Positions 10,731-21,322 of a stretch of 64,000 nucleotides of DNA are shown piece after piece. The notes beneath the pieces were generated by a model. The model saw nothing but the letters and a program-made list of their open reading frames with translations. It ran no database searches and was not told where the DNA came from. This DNA comes from Clostridium sp. (lineage in GTDB: Bacteria; Bacillota; Clostridia; Clostridiales; Clostridiaceae). Position 1 is the first letter of the stretch. Each line of letters begins with the position of its first letter. A program made the translations under genes and the position numbers. Where the stretch lies: the NCBI RefSeq assembly GCF_050717545.1, contig NZ_JBOITN010000045.1:3561-67560 (forward strand), given 5' to 3'.

Positions 10731-13013
10731 TTATTTTTCATACAGCTTCTTGTTTGCATCATCTATCATCTGTATAATTTCATCATATGTGATGCTACCA
10801 TCTCCAAAACTTAAAATTCCGCGTATAGGCATGTATTTTAGCATGGCATTACCCATATCATCACTTATTGCATCTGAACTTTCTTCATCTTTGACTTTTA
10901 TCATACCTTTCATGAACTTATTTGCAATATTTACCAGCAATTTAAGTTCCTGTGCAGCTTCCGGCACTTCAAGCAAATCACCAAAGGTTGTATTGACAGT
11001 CACTCTAAATGGAAGCTTTTTTATAGCCTCTACATGGACCGTATCATTTAATACAATATCTCTTGATGACTTTCCAATAAGTATTTGATAATCTCCAGTC
11101 TCTACATACCAATCGTGTATTTGTGTATTATAATATGAAAAAGCACGTTTATTTAAAATAAATGTTACAGTCTTCGTCTCTCCCTTATTTAAGCTAATCT
11201 TTTCAAAACCACGCAGTTCCTTTAAAGGTCTTATAATATTAGACTCTTTAGCGCCAACATATAATTGTACAATTTCCTTACCTGCTTTATCTCCAGTGTT
11301 TGTAACATCCACAGTGACAGTAAGAGTTCCAATGTCCTTTATTTCTTTTGAACTTAATTTCAAATTGGAGTAATGAAAAGTGGTATAGCTAAGTCCGTAA
11401 CCAAATGGGAATAATACATCCATATCTTTTTTATCATAATATCTATATCCTACGAATACACCTTCCCTGTATTCCGATTTGTCCCCTTCTCCACCATAAT
11501 ATAGGTAAGATGGATTGTCTTGAAGCTTTCTCGGAAATGTCTCAGGTAATTTACCACTTGGGTTTACATCTCCGAAAAGCACGTCTACGCAAGCTTGACC
11601 TACTGCCTGACCTCCAAGATAAGCCTCTAATATTCCCTTAACATCATCTGCCCAAGGCATTTCAATTGGGGAACCATTATGAAGCACAACAACTGTATTT
11701 GGCTGTACCCTTACAATTCTCTTAATAAGTTCATTTTGGCAATTGGGTATGGACATATGAACCCTGTCATATCCTTCAGATTCGAAGGAATCTGGAAGTC
11801 CCGCAAATATAACTGCGACCTGGGCATTATTTGCAACCTCGCAAGCTTGACTTATCATTTCTTCATTAATTATGTCTTCATTATCCTCATAACCCTGTGC
11901 ATATATTACATCTGCTACATCGCCCGCCGCCGTAAGTGCACTTACTATTTTAAATGAGTTAACATGCGAACTTCCGCCACCCTGATATCTCGGACTGCCC
12001 GCAAATTCTCCAATTAATGCAATCTTGCTACCTTTCTTAAGCGGTAAAATGCCTTCATTTTTAAGAAGCACCAGGCACTCCCCCTCAATCTTTCTGGCAA
12101 GATCGTGATGCACGTCCATATCCCACTTAGTATCTGGTTTTCGGTTTTTAATATATCTGTTTATTATATTTAAAATTCTCTCAACTGCCTGATCTACTAC
12201 TTTCTCTTCTAATCTCCCCTCTTTTACTGCCTGCACAACCCTGTCATCGTTTACACCATTTGACCCAGGCATCTCAAGATCAAGTCCTGCTTCTATGCCT
12301 TTTACCCTGTCATTAACCGCTCCCCAATCACTCATAACGTAGCCATCAAAACCCCATTCACCTCTTAATATATCTGTAAGATATTTCTTGTTTTCAGAGG
12401 CTAGTGTTCCATTTATTCCATTATAAGAGCACATTATAGTCCAAGGCTTTGCATTTTTTACAGCGCCTTCAAATGCTGCAAGATAAATTTCCCTAAGAGT
12501 CCTTTCATCGATTTCAGAACTCGCACTCATCCTTCTGTGCTCTTGATTATTAGCCAAAAAATGTTTCATGCTAGTCCCTACATTTTCGCTCTGGACACCT
12601 TTAATATGGTTTGTTGCCATTTCAGTTGTTAAATATGGATCCTCAGAGAAATATTCAAAATTTCTACCGCATAATGGGGATCGTTTTATATTAACGGCAG
12701 GTCCTAAAATTGTACTTACGTTCTCATGCTGACACTCCTCTCCCAAAGCTTTCCCCATATCAAAAATGAGTTTCCTGTCAAAAGACGCTGCCATGGAGCA
12801 AGCTGCGGGGAAACATACTGCCTTAATGCTATCATTGATACCTAAGTTGTCTTCGCTTTGGTCTTGTTTACGCAGGCCATGAGGACCGTCACTTAGCATA
12901 ACTTCAGGAACCCCCAGCCTCTCTATAGCCTTTGTGTGCCAGAAGTCACTACCTGAACATAAACCTGCTTTCTCCTCAAGAGTCATTTCTGAAATAATTT
13001 TTTTCACATCCAT
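10731..13013 (-). CDS. GH3 beta-glucosidase (BglX-like) with Fn3-like C-terminal domain
   Basis: MTLEEKAGLCSG, SDGPHGLRKQ and nucleophile region GYVMSDWGA. 760 aa, AAGGAGG RBS, no signal peptide. Confidence 0.9.
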   Translation of the reverse strand: MDVKKIISEMTLEEKAGLCSGSDFWHTKAIERLGVPEVMLSDGPHGLRKQDQSEDNLGINDSIKAVCFPAACSMAASFDRKLIFDMGKALGEECQHENVSTILGPAVNIKRSPLCGRNFEYFSEDPYLTTEMATNHIKGVQSENVGTSMKHFLANNQEHRRMSASSEIDERTLREIYLAAFEGAVKNAKPWTIMCSYNGINGTLASENKKYLTDILRGEWGFDGYVMSDWGAVNDRVKGIEAGLDLEMPGSNGVNDDRVVQAVKEGRLEEKVVDQAVERILNIINRYIKNRKPDTKWDMDVHHDLARKIEGECLVLLKNEGILPLKKGSKIALIGEFAGSPRYQGGGSSHVNSFKIVSALTAAGDVADVIYAQGYEDNEDIINEEMISQACEVANNAQVAVIFAGLPDSFESEGYDRVHMSIPNCQNELIKRIVRVQPNTVVVLHNGSPIEMPWADDVKGILEAYLGGQAVGQACVDVLFGDVNPSGKLPETFPRKLQDNPSYLYYGGEGDKSEYREGVFVGYRYYDKKDMDVLFPFGYGLSYTTFHYSNLKLSSKEIKDIGTLTVTVDVTNTGDKAGKEIVQLYVGAKESNIIRPLKELRGFEKISLNKGETKTVTFILNKRAFSYYNTQIHDWYVETGDYQILIGKSSRDIVLNDTVHVEAIKKLPFRVTVNTTFGDLLEVPEAAQELKLLVNIANKFMKGMIKVKDEESSDAISDDMGNAMLKYMPIRGILSFGDGSITYDEIIQMIDDANKKLYEK

Positions 13014-13240
13014 AATATCCTCCTTATATATTTTTGATTTACTTATGCATTTTAATGTAGTTGTATATCATAATTGAATATAAAATATACTTTGTATATA
13101 AAAGGATTTCTACATTACTAATAAAATTCCTTCTATAAATCATAAGTTAATAGAATATTTTATATAATTCATGTACGACAAGAAGGACCTGCTCAAGAAT
13201 TTTATCCATGAACAGGCCCTGCATTTATGTTTTTCTAGAA

Positions 13241-14440
13241 TTACTTCATCGACTCAATAATGCTATCCGCAAGTGAATCCATTAAATCAACATCATCTTC
13301 CTTCATAGTAGAGTTTATTGACATCTCATTGTCTAAAATAGTCATATCTTTCATCTCATCCAAAAGTTCACGCATCAACTTTCCAGATTGAGGAGCCCAT
13401 GAGCCATTTTCTATAAGAGCTATAGTTCGTTTTTGAAGATTTAATGCCTTCATATCTGTTAGATATGCATGCATTGGTGGATAAATCTTCAAGTTATATG
13501 TTACGCTGGCAAGAACCAAATGACTATATTTAAATGTCTCAGAAATCAAATAAGAAACATGAGTTTTTGAAACATCATACATAACAACGTTTTTCATTCC
13601 TTTTTCTACAAGCCTTGTTGCTAGATCGTTTGCTGCCGCCTCCGTATTTCCGTACATTGTTCCATAAACTATCATTACACCATTTTCCTCTGGTTCATAA
13701 CGACTCCATTTGTCGTACTTCTCAAGCAAGTACCCTAAATCATTACGCCATACTGGTCCATGTAGAGGGCAGATAATCTTGATGTCAATAGTTCCTGCTT
13801 TCCTCAAAAGATCTTGAACATGAGGACCATACTTGCCTACGATGTTTGTGTAATACCTTCTGGCATCATCAAGGAAGTCACGGTCAAAATTCATCTCATC
13901 ATTAAATAGTTTTCCGTCAAGCGACCCGAAAGTACCGAAAGCGTCAGCGGCAAATAATACACCATTGTAAGTATCAAATGTCACCATAGCTTCTGGCCAA
14001 TGTACCATGGGAGCCGCTACAAATGCAACAAGATGTTTTCCAAATGACATTGTATCGCCTTCACTAACTTCCTCTATTTTACCATCAATAGCGAAACCGA
14101 ACTGATGCATGAACAATGCGGCTTTTTGAGAACATACAATTTTCACCTTAGGATAACGAAGAATAATCTCTTCAATGCATGCTGCATGATCAGGTTCCAT
14201 ATGATTAATTACCATATAATCTAATGGTTTGCCTTTTAAAATTGATTGAATGTTTTCAAGGAACTGACGGCAAATTGACCAGTCTACTGTATCAAAGAGT
14301 ACTGTCTTCTCATCCATTAGCAAATACGAGTTATAAGAAACGCCTCTTGGAATTGGATGAATGTTTTCAAAAAGGGCAAGGCGACGATCGTTGCCACCAA
14401 CCCAATAAAGATCCTCAGTTACATTTCTAACACAATACAT
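13241..14440 (-). CDS. fprA: Class A flavodiiron protein (FprA-type O2/NO reductase)
   Basis: N-terminal metallo-beta-lactamase-like di-iron domain (NHMEPDHA) plus a C-terminal flavodoxin domain. 399 aa. AAAGGAGG RBS. Confidence 0.9.
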   Translation of the reverse strand: MYCVRNVTEDLYWVGGNDRRLALFENIHPIPRGVSYNSYLLMDEKTVLFDTVDWSICRQFLENIQSILKGKPLDYMVINHMEPDHAACIEEIILRYPKVKIVCSQKAALFMHQFGFAIDGKIEEVSEGDTMSFGKHLVAFVAAPMVHWPEAMVTFDTYNGVLFAADAFGTFGSLDGKLFNDEMNFDRDFLDDARRYYTNIVGKYGPHVQDLLRKAGTIDIKIICPLHGPVWRNDLGYLLEKYDKWSRYEPEENGVMIVYGTMYGNTEAAANDLATRLVEKGMKNVVMYDVSKTHVSYLISETFKYSHLVLASVTYNLKIYPPMHAYLTDMKALNLQKRTIALIENGSWAPQSGKLMRELLDEMKDMTILDNEMSINSTMKEDDVDLMDSLADSIIESMK

Positions 14441-14496
14441 ATATATAATCCTCCTTTATACTAAAAACAAATTATTATATTTAATAATTATAAAAA

Positions 14497-16404
14497 TTAA
14501 ACTTCTATAAACATATCTTTTTCTTCACCACAAGAAGGGCAAGTCCAGTCTTCAGGTATCTTTTCAAATACAGTTCCAGGATTTACTTCGCCTTCTGAAT
14601 CACCCTCACCAGGATCGTACTCAAAACCGCATCCGTTACATACATAATGTTTCCAAGTCGGAATAATTCTCGAAGGAGCAGTTGACTTCATCTTAACCAT
14701 TGGTGGAGCATCTTTCTTTTCCTCTCCATTATCTAAAGCAGCAGTAAGTAATGGTAATATTTCCATCAAATCGCCTACGATGCCGTAATCTGAGTTCTTA
14801 AATATTTTCGCTTTAGAATCGATATTTATAGCAACTATTGTAGCCGCATCCTTTATGCCCTTCAAATGTTGACCTGCACCTGAAATACCGCAAGCAATAT
14901 AAAGATTTCCTTTAAATTTTTGACCAGACATACCAACATAACGGTTTAGTGGTAAATATTTAAGTGTTTCAGCTACTGGACGTGAAGAACCTATTGCTGC
15001 ACCAGCTTGAACTGCCAAGTCTTCAATAAGTTGCATATTTTCCTTTTCGCCTATACCTTGTCCTACACTAACAACTCTTTCAGCCTTAGTTATAGGAGTG
15101 TCCAAAGGAATTCCAACTGTAAAGTCATATTTATCTGCCTTAAGAGCTTCCACAAGTGCATTTACATTTTCACTTGCAGTTCCTTCCTTGAAAATTACTT
15201 TCTTACGATAACCTGTTGCAGGTCCACGCTTAGTAGCTTTCCCTGTGTTCTCGTTTTTAGGCATCTTACCTATGATGTGGGCTGCAATAACAAGACGTTG
15301 AATCTCATTGGTTCCTTCATATATAGTACATATTTTAGCATCTCTATAAGCTCTTTCAACTTCCATACCTTTTAAATAACCATTTCCACCAAATATTTGA
15401 AGTGCATCGTTCACAATTTCAAGACAAACGTCAGATGCATATTGCTTCGCCATAGCAGCTTCCATACTGTAACTCTCATGATTTTGTTTAAGCTCTGCTG
15501 CACTGTAAATAAGTAATCTAGCTGCTCTAAGTTTTGTCGCCATATCTGCCAACTTAAATGAAATAATTTGCTGCTGACATATAGGTTTACCAAATTGAAC
15601 TCTTTCTTTTGAGTACTCCAAAGCATTTTCATAAGCACCTTGTGCTATTCCTAGAGCTTGAGATGCAATACCAATACGGCCACCGTCCAAAGTTGCCATA
15701 GCAATCTTGAATCCATCTCCCTCTTTGCCTAGTAAATCTTTCTTAGGAACTATCACATCATTAAATATTAGCTCTGCAGTTGCAGATGATCTAATACCCA
15801 TCTTATCGTAATGTTGTCCAAAGCTAAATCCTTCTGCGTCTTTTTCCACAATAAATGCACTTATACCACGAACACCAATATCTGGCGTAGTAATTGCAAA
15901 AACAACGTAAATATCAGCCTTACCAGCATTTGTGATGAATATTTTTTCACCATTCAAAATATAATTATCACCATCGAGTACTGCAGTTGTTTCTGTACCA
16001 CCAGCATCACTACCAGCATTTTCTTCTGTAAGACCGAATGCGCCAAGTTTCTCTCCATTTGCGAGTGGCACTAAGTATTTTTGCTTCTGCTCCTCTGTTC
16101 CATAGGCAGAAATTGGGTAAGCACCCAAAGATGTATGAGCAGAAAGAATAACGCCCGTTCCACCATCCACTCTTGATAATTCCTCAACAGCAATTGCATA
16201 ACTCATTACGTCAAGGCCGGCCCCACCATATTCTTTTGGATATGGAATACCCATCATTCCCATTTCACCTAACTTCTTAACTGCTTCCTCTGGAAATTTA
16301 TTTTCTTGATCTAACATAAATGCAATAGGCTTAACTTCCTCTTCTGCAAACGCTCTAATCCTAGTCCTCAAATCTTCATGTTGCTCATTAGTCTTAAAAA
16401 ACAT
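14497..16404 (-). CDS. Fusion protein: acyl-CoA dehydrogenase + ETF-alpha C-terminal FAD domain + rubredoxin
   Basis: Residues 1 to about 380 are ACAD-like (catalytic-base region [12 protein letters not shown]). Residues about 440-560 match the ETF-alpha FAD domain ([16 protein letters not shown]). The last 50 or so residues are a rubredoxin ([10 protein letters not shown]...WTCPSCG). Confidence 0.85.
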   Translation of the reverse strand: MFFKTNEQHEDLRTRIRAFAEEEVKPIAFMLDQENKFPEEAVKKLGEMGMMGIPYPKEYGGAGLDVMSYAIAVEELSRVDGGTGVILSAHTSLGAYPISAYGTEEQKQKYLVPLANGEKLGAFGLTEENAGSDAGGTETTAVLDGDNYILNGEKIFITNAGKADIYVVFAITTPDIGVRGISAFIVEKDAEGFSFGQHYDKMGIRSSATAELIFNDVIVPKKDLLGKEGDGFKIAMATLDGGRIGIASQALGIAQGAYENALEYSKERVQFGKPICQQQIISFKLADMATKLRAARLLIYSAAELKQNHESYSMEAAMAKQYASDVCLEIVNDALQIFGGNGYLKGMEVERAYRDAKICTIYEGTNEIQRLVIAAHIIGKMPKNENTGKATKRGPATGYRKKVIFKEGTASENVNALVEALKADKYDFTVGIPLDTPITKAERVVSVGQGIGEKENMQLIEDLAVQAGAAIGSSRPVAETLKYLPLNRYVGMSGQKFKGNLYIACGISGAGQHLKGIKDAATIVAINIDSKAKIFKNSDYGIVGDLMEILPLLTAALDNGEEKKDAPPMVKMKSTAPSRIIPTWKHYVCNGCGFEYDPGEGDSEGEVNPGTVFEKIPEDWTCPSCGEEKDMFIEV

Positions 16405-16717
16405 AAATATACCTCCCTTTAATTAGATACAGTTTCATGACTTGTCCAATTCTTTATCACCTTGAAATATCTATAATAAATATGTTTATTTTATAAACAA
16501 TATTTGTAAACGTATGCTAAATGTATACCTATTCTGTATAGTTTCATTATATATGTTATAAATACACATTGCAAGTCCAATACTAATCTTTTTCTCGACA
16601 TAATTCGCTATAAACTTGGGTGACTTTATAATTCTATTTACCCCCATTCACTGATTTCAACTCTTTTATAGTTGCGTCCATTAAATGGGGCTCTAATATT
16701 ATTTATATGAAAACTTT

Positions 16718-18121
16718 CTACATAGACTTTTCTGCTAGTTTTGACAATGGACTTCTTTCAACATGTTCAAGTGTTACGTGCCCTGTTATATTAAATGGTT
16801 TCATTTTTTCAATAGTATAAACTAACCCATTGGATTTTTCATCAACTAATGTATTATCTATTTGATTATCAGATGGATCACCAATGAACACAAATTTAGA
16901 TCCAAACCCAGCTCTTGTTAGCATAAGTTTTGCTAAATGAGGTGTTGTCTGCTGTGATTCATCAACTATAACTAACGCATCGGATAAAGTTCTACCTCTC
17001 ATGTAAACAAATGTTTTAGTTTCAATCCGTCCACTTTGGCGAAATTTTTCAATGAAGTTATCCACAGTTACCTGCGTTCTTTTAACCTCATGCTCATCAA
17101 CTTTCACACCTTTTTTCTCTTTAATCTTATCCTTTTTTGCCTTATCTTTTGCATCCATTAAATTTTCTACGGCGTCATAAAAACTTCCCATCCATGGTTT
17201 TAATTTTTCTTCCTCAGTTCCAGGCAAAAATCCTATATCATCCCCTGCTGGAATTACTGGTTTCACAAAAATAATTCTTCTAAATAATCCTTGTTCTATT
17301 ACCCTCTTAAGTGCAACTGCAGTTGAAAGAATTGTTTTTCCAGATCCTGCTCCACCAGAAATTGTTACAAATTCTATTTTGGGGTCCATTAATAACTCAA
17401 AAGCCATCTTTTGCTGTTTATTTATTGGCACTAATCCAAAAGCAGATTCATTAACATATTTTAGAGGTACTATTGCCTTTCCGTTAAACTTTCCAATTAA
17501 CTCATATTTTTCATCATCCGAGCTTGTAATATCTAAAAATTCATTTGGATATAAGGTAAAGTCAAAACCACTAGGCATTGCAATTCCTCCTCCATTTTGT
17601 ATTTCATCCATAAGTTTTGATGAAAGAGTAATATTTCTATATCCTTTATATAATTCACTAGCATTAACCTTATCATTTTTATAATCCTGGGTAACTATTC
17701 CTAAAGCATCACCTTTTATAGCCATATACAAATCTTTTGTAACTAGTATTGTAGATATCTCTTTATTACTATCCGCAATGTTTTTTGTTATTGCTAATAT
17801 TTTAGTATCATTTTTGCTAAAATCAAAACCATTTGGCAAACAGCTCAGATCGTTATTGTTTAGCTCTATTTTTATTGTTCCGCCATTTGCAAATGTGATA
17901 CCTTCATGCAGATTTCCAATTTTTCTAAGATTATTTATTTCTCTAGCCGCGCTCCTTGCATGATAACCCACTATACCTTCTCTTTTTTTAAGGTTATCTA
18001 ACTCTTCTATACATATTATTGGAATGATAATATTATTATCTTCAAAACTATAAATAAAATTAGGATCATGAACCATTACATTTGTATCAATAATATAGTT
18101 TTTAACCATAGCTCTCTTCAT
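16718..18121 (-). CDS. PIN-domain / PhoH-like ATPase (YlaK family)
   Basis: N-terminal PIN (YIIDTNVMVHDP) and C-terminal PhoH NTPase (Walker A GGAGSGKT, Walker B VIVDESQ). The start may be the ATG at 18109. Confidence 0.85.
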   Translation of the reverse strand: MKRAMVKNYIIDTNVMVHDPNFIYSFEDNNIIIPIICIEELDNLKKREGIVGYHARSAAREINNLRKIGNLHEGITFANGGTIKIELNNNDLSCLPNGFDFSKNDTKILAITKNIADSNKEISTILVTKDLYMAIKGDALGIVTQDYKNDKVNASELYKGYRNITLSSKLMDEIQNGGGIAMPSGFDFTLYPNEFLDITSSDDEKYELIGKFNGKAIVPLKYVNESAFGLVPINKQQKMAFELLMDPKIEFVTISGGAGSGKTILSTAVALKRVIEQGLFRRIIFVKPVIPAGDDIGFLPGTEEEKLKPWMGSFYDAVENLMDAKDKAKKDKIKEKKGVKVDEHEVKRTQVTVDNFIEKFRQSGRIETKTFVYMRGRTLSDALVIVDESQQTTPHLAKLMLTRAGFGSKFVFIGDPSDNQIDNTLVDEKSNGLVYTIEKMKPFNITGHVTLEHVERSPLSKLAEKSM

Positions 18122-18400
18122 TAAATAAAGTCTTAAAGGTGCCCTTATTCAATAAAGTTTCACCCCCTTATAATTATGTATATCTAGTTAAATTATATCC
18201 TTGTTAATTGTGAATTATGCATAATGATTCTTAAAATAGAAAAATATACTGGTAATTTAGTGACTTTAAATCTAAAAAAACAACTAGCACCTATTAAACT
18301 TATTATGATATACTTTCAATATAAATTATATAAACGAAAACAAAATGTTTGGTAATATATAACAATATAAATAGTGAAATATTTATAAGTAATTAATATA

Positions 18401-18502
18401 GACCAAGGCAAAATCTCTGTTATAATAAGGGATACAGGAATTGGTATACATATTAAGCTCAAAGATAAAATTTTCGAGCCATTTTACAGGGTAAAAATAT
18501 AA
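18401..18502 (+). pseudogene. Relic 3' end of a sensor histidine kinase (HATPase_c G1 box to C-terminus)
   Basis: Translates as DQGKISVIIRDTGIGIHIKLKDKIFEPFYRVKI* (DxGxG and IFEPFYR). Stops lie immediately upstream and there is no H-box or TM region. Confidence 0.65.
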
Positions 18503-18528
18503 CGAAATATGGAGGAATAATAAAACTT

Positions 18529-19887
18529 ATGAAGAAAAAGGTAACAGCAATTATACTAATTATATTATTAATAGTCGTTTTGGGTGTTGGTGCATTTTAT
18601 GGTTATATGTATAATAAGACCAAAAATTGGACGAGTCTTGTGTATCCAGGAGTTAACATAGGAGATGTGGATATCTCCGGAAAAACACTTACAGAGGCTA
18701 AAGATATGATAAATGCCAAAAATCAAACCGCTATATCAAAGAAAAATATAAATATTAAAACGCCTTCTAAAACATACACCTTGAATTTTGCAAAAATGAA
18801 TGCAGGATATAATATTGATGAAGTAGTAAATGAAGCTTTTAATTATGGTAAGGACTTATCACTAAGAGAAAGATATAAACTAATTAAGAACCCTGTGAGC
18901 AAATTACTTAACCTAAAATTTACCTATGACCCTAAACCTGTAACTCAGTTAATTTCTGAAATTAAAAAAGATGTTGATACTACTCCTGTAAATGGAAGCA
19001 TTTCAAGATCTAATGGCAAATTTAATATTACATCCGATAAAAAAGGTTATACGCTAATGGATAATAACCTAAAAAAAGAAGTATTAAGTAAAATAAATGG
19101 TGATATAACTACTCCCGATATTCTAGTTGAGGCAGAAATTAAAACAGTTTTAGCAAACGTAACAAAAGAAAAACTTCAAACTATTAATACCACGCTTTCA
19201 AGTTTTTCTTCAAGCTTTAAAACATCCTCTAGTGGACGGTCTACCAATATAACACTTGCAACCAAAAGTATAAATGGACTACTTTTAATGCCAGGCGAAA
19301 GCTTTAGTTTCAATGGAACAGTTGGAAAAAGGACAGCTGCCAGCGGTTATAAACCTGCACCAGTTGATATTGGCACCAAGGTAAGTACTGATTATGGTGG
19401 TGGAATATGTCAGGTATCTACAGCATTATATAATACTGTAATACGCTCAAACATTAAATCTACTGAGAGAAATCATCATTCTATACCTTCAACTTATATA
19501 CCACTTGGAATGGACGCTACTGTAGATTGGAATAATTTAGACTATAAATTTGCAAATACTTTAAATTATCCAATTTATATTGAAAGTATCGTGAGTAATA
19601 AAGTACTAACATTTAATATTTATTCTAACTCAAGTTTAAATAGCAGAGCCTATAAATTTGTTAATGATGTGTATGAAGCTGTGCAACCCGGCCCTACAAA
19701 ATATATAGATGATCCTTCGCTTTTAGTTGGCCAAATTGTACAAGATCAATTTCCTTTGGTTGGATATAAGGTACGGTCCTATTTAGATACTATTGAAAAT
19801 GGTAATGTTATAAAACATGAACTAATTTCAAATGATAAATATACATTAAAAGCTGAAGTAATTAGACTAGGAACAAAGAAAAATTAG
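18529..19887 (+). CDS. VanW-family protein with N-terminal membrane anchor
   Basis: N-terminal TM helix and a VanW core (YGGGICQVSTALYN). GGAGG RBS. Confidence 0.85.
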   Translation: MKKKVTAIILIILLIVVLGVGAFYGYMYNKTKNWTSLVYPGVNIGDVDISGKTLTEAKDMINAKNQTAISKKNINIKTPSKTYTLNFAKMNAGYNIDEVVNEAFNYGKDLSLRERYKLIKNPVSKLLNLKFTYDPKPVTQLISEIKKDVDTTPVNGSISRSNGKFNITSDKKGYTLMDNNLKKEVLSKINGDITTPDILVEAEIKTVLANVTKEKLQTINTTLSSFSSSFKTSSSGRSTNITLATKSINGLLLMPGESFSFNGTVGKRTAASGYKPAPVDIGTKVSTDYGGGICQVSTALYNTVIRSNIKSTERNHHSIPSTYIPLGMDATVDWNNLDYKFANTLNYPIYIESIVSNKVLTFNIYSNSSLNSRAYKFVNDVYEAVQPGPTKYIDDPSLLVGQIVQDQFPLVGYKVRSYLDTIENGNVIKHELISNDKYTLKAEVIRLGTKKN

Positions 19888-19902
19888 GTGCATGTTTATT
19901 TA

Positions 19903-19944
19903 AGGCCACATTTTCGTCCCATATCGGACGCATAAATATGGCCT
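19903..19944 (+). terminator. Hairpin downstream of the vanW-family gene
   Basis: Nested stems aggcca/tggcct and cgtcc/ggacg. The T-tail is weak. Confidence 0.45.
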
Positions 19945-20122
19945 ATTTAATATTAACTAATAATTTCAATCATATACTGTGCTCCTTTTAAAAAAATAAT
20001 CGACAATATCTATATATTATTTTACCACACATAATATATTTTATATGAACAATTGAATATTAAACTATCTATACTATAAACTGTTCATATTATATATATC
20101 ACACTTAAACATATCCAAATTA

Positions 20123-20156
20123 TAAAAACTGCGAAATAAATTCCACAGCTTTTATA
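20123..20156 (-). terminator. Rho-independent terminator of the PTS operon
   Basis: 10-bp stem whose two mismatches become G-U wobbles only in the minus-strand RNA, followed by a U-run. Lies 33 nt past the stop at 20189. Confidence 0.6.
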
Positions 20157-20188
20157 ATTAAATTTTCCTTAGATAATTAAACCTTTTT

Positions 20189-21271
20189 TTACTCTCTAAG
20201 TAAGAATTTTTGTAGTGGCTCTACATAGTCTATTAAGAATATTTCATCTTCATCTATTCTTCCTACTACATTAGTGCTACCGGTATTTTTCATATCTTTT
20301 AATGCTATTTGTAATTCCCCTGTGTAGTTTTTATAATTTACATTGTCTATTGTAATATCTCCTCTTTTAATGTCTATAGTGTTAAATGGTTTAAATAGAT
20401 TTCCTGCATTTTTCACTCTAGACTTGCAAGATCTTATCATGTATTCTGAAGCATCTCCCCTATTAAAATGAAGAGGTTTAAGAATTATATCTCTTTGCTC
20501 TGCTGATATTCCTTCTTCAATTTTTAATTTAAAAGTTAAAATATCAGGGTTTACTTCACTTAATGCTTTAAGTTCTGCGTCAGATGCAAATGCATTAGCA
20601 ATTATCACATCATCAATTGAATTTGAGGCAAATAGATGTTTTGCTTGAACCTGAATTGGAAGATATCTATGTTCTTCCAGTGTGCATAATCCTTCACTTA
20701 CTGGCCAAGGACCATATTTTGCAGTGCTTGAGGAAACAAAAGCTGCAGTTCTAAGATTATATTTTTTGTATTGCTCATTGCACCTAATAAAATGATCATA
20801 TCCTAGTCCAGAATATTTATGTGGATAAAAGTTATGACACCCTAGAAGATTCTCTGAATTTGGTTTATAGCTAAAAACGTTGTCTATATATTTAGTTCCA
20901 GAGCTCATATTAAACTCAATTTTTAATCCATACTTATTAAAACTCATCAAAGATTCTTCACTACCTGAAAATCCATTATCTAATCTTATTCCATAGAGTC
21001 CCATATCCTTAAAAATTCCTAAATCATCAAAATCCACCTCAAGATATTCAAATACTTCTGGATTAATATCTGCAATTACCTTCATCCCATAGCTGCTCGC
21101 ATGTGCTATAGTTTTTTTAAATTCATCTATTATCTTTTCCTTATCACCTTCTACAGATAGAAGACAAGTAAATATTCTTTTGTATCCATATTTATTAGCT
21201 TTATCAATATATTTCAAATTATCTTCTAATTTTACGTGACCTGGGTAAATTGAAAATCCTATGCTTCTCAT
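20189..21271 (-). CDS. DUF871 / MupG-family putative 6-phospho-glycosidase
   Basis: N-terminus IGFSIYPGH...YGYKRIFTCLLSVEG is the DUF871 signature. 360 aa. GAAGGGAG RBS. Confidence 0.75.
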   Translation of the reverse strand: MRSIGFSIYPGHVKLEDNLKYIDKANKYGYKRIFTCLLSVEGDKEKIIDEFKKTIAHASSYGMKVIADINPEVFEYLEVDFDDLGIFKDMGLYGIRLDNGFSGSEESLMSFNKYGLKIEFNMSSGTKYIDNVFSYKPNSENLLGCHNFYPHKYSGLGYDHFIRCNEQYKKYNLRTAAFVSSSTAKYGPWPVSEGLCTLEEHRYLPIQVQAKHLFASNSIDDVIIANAFASDAELKALSEVNPDILTFKLKIEEGISAEQRDIILKPLHFNRGDASEYMIRSCKSRVKNAGNLFKPFNTIDIKRGDITIDNVNYKNYTGELQIALKDMKNTGSTNVVGRIDEDEIFLIDYVEPLQKFLLRE

Positions 21272-21322
21272 AATAAATTTCTCCCTTCGTTATAAACTAC
21301 ATTTAACCTTTGTATATTATTT

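Noticed and set aside
16405-16717. Inverted repeats (GTTTAT-N3-ATAAAC near 16484; CCCCATT...AATGGGG near 16640-16690) considered as a PerR/Rex operator and a phoH terminator.
   Set aside because: The first is very AT-rich and short, with no match I can defend to a known operator consensus. The second has a loop of about 30 nt and no U-tract. Neither is solid enough to list as a feature.
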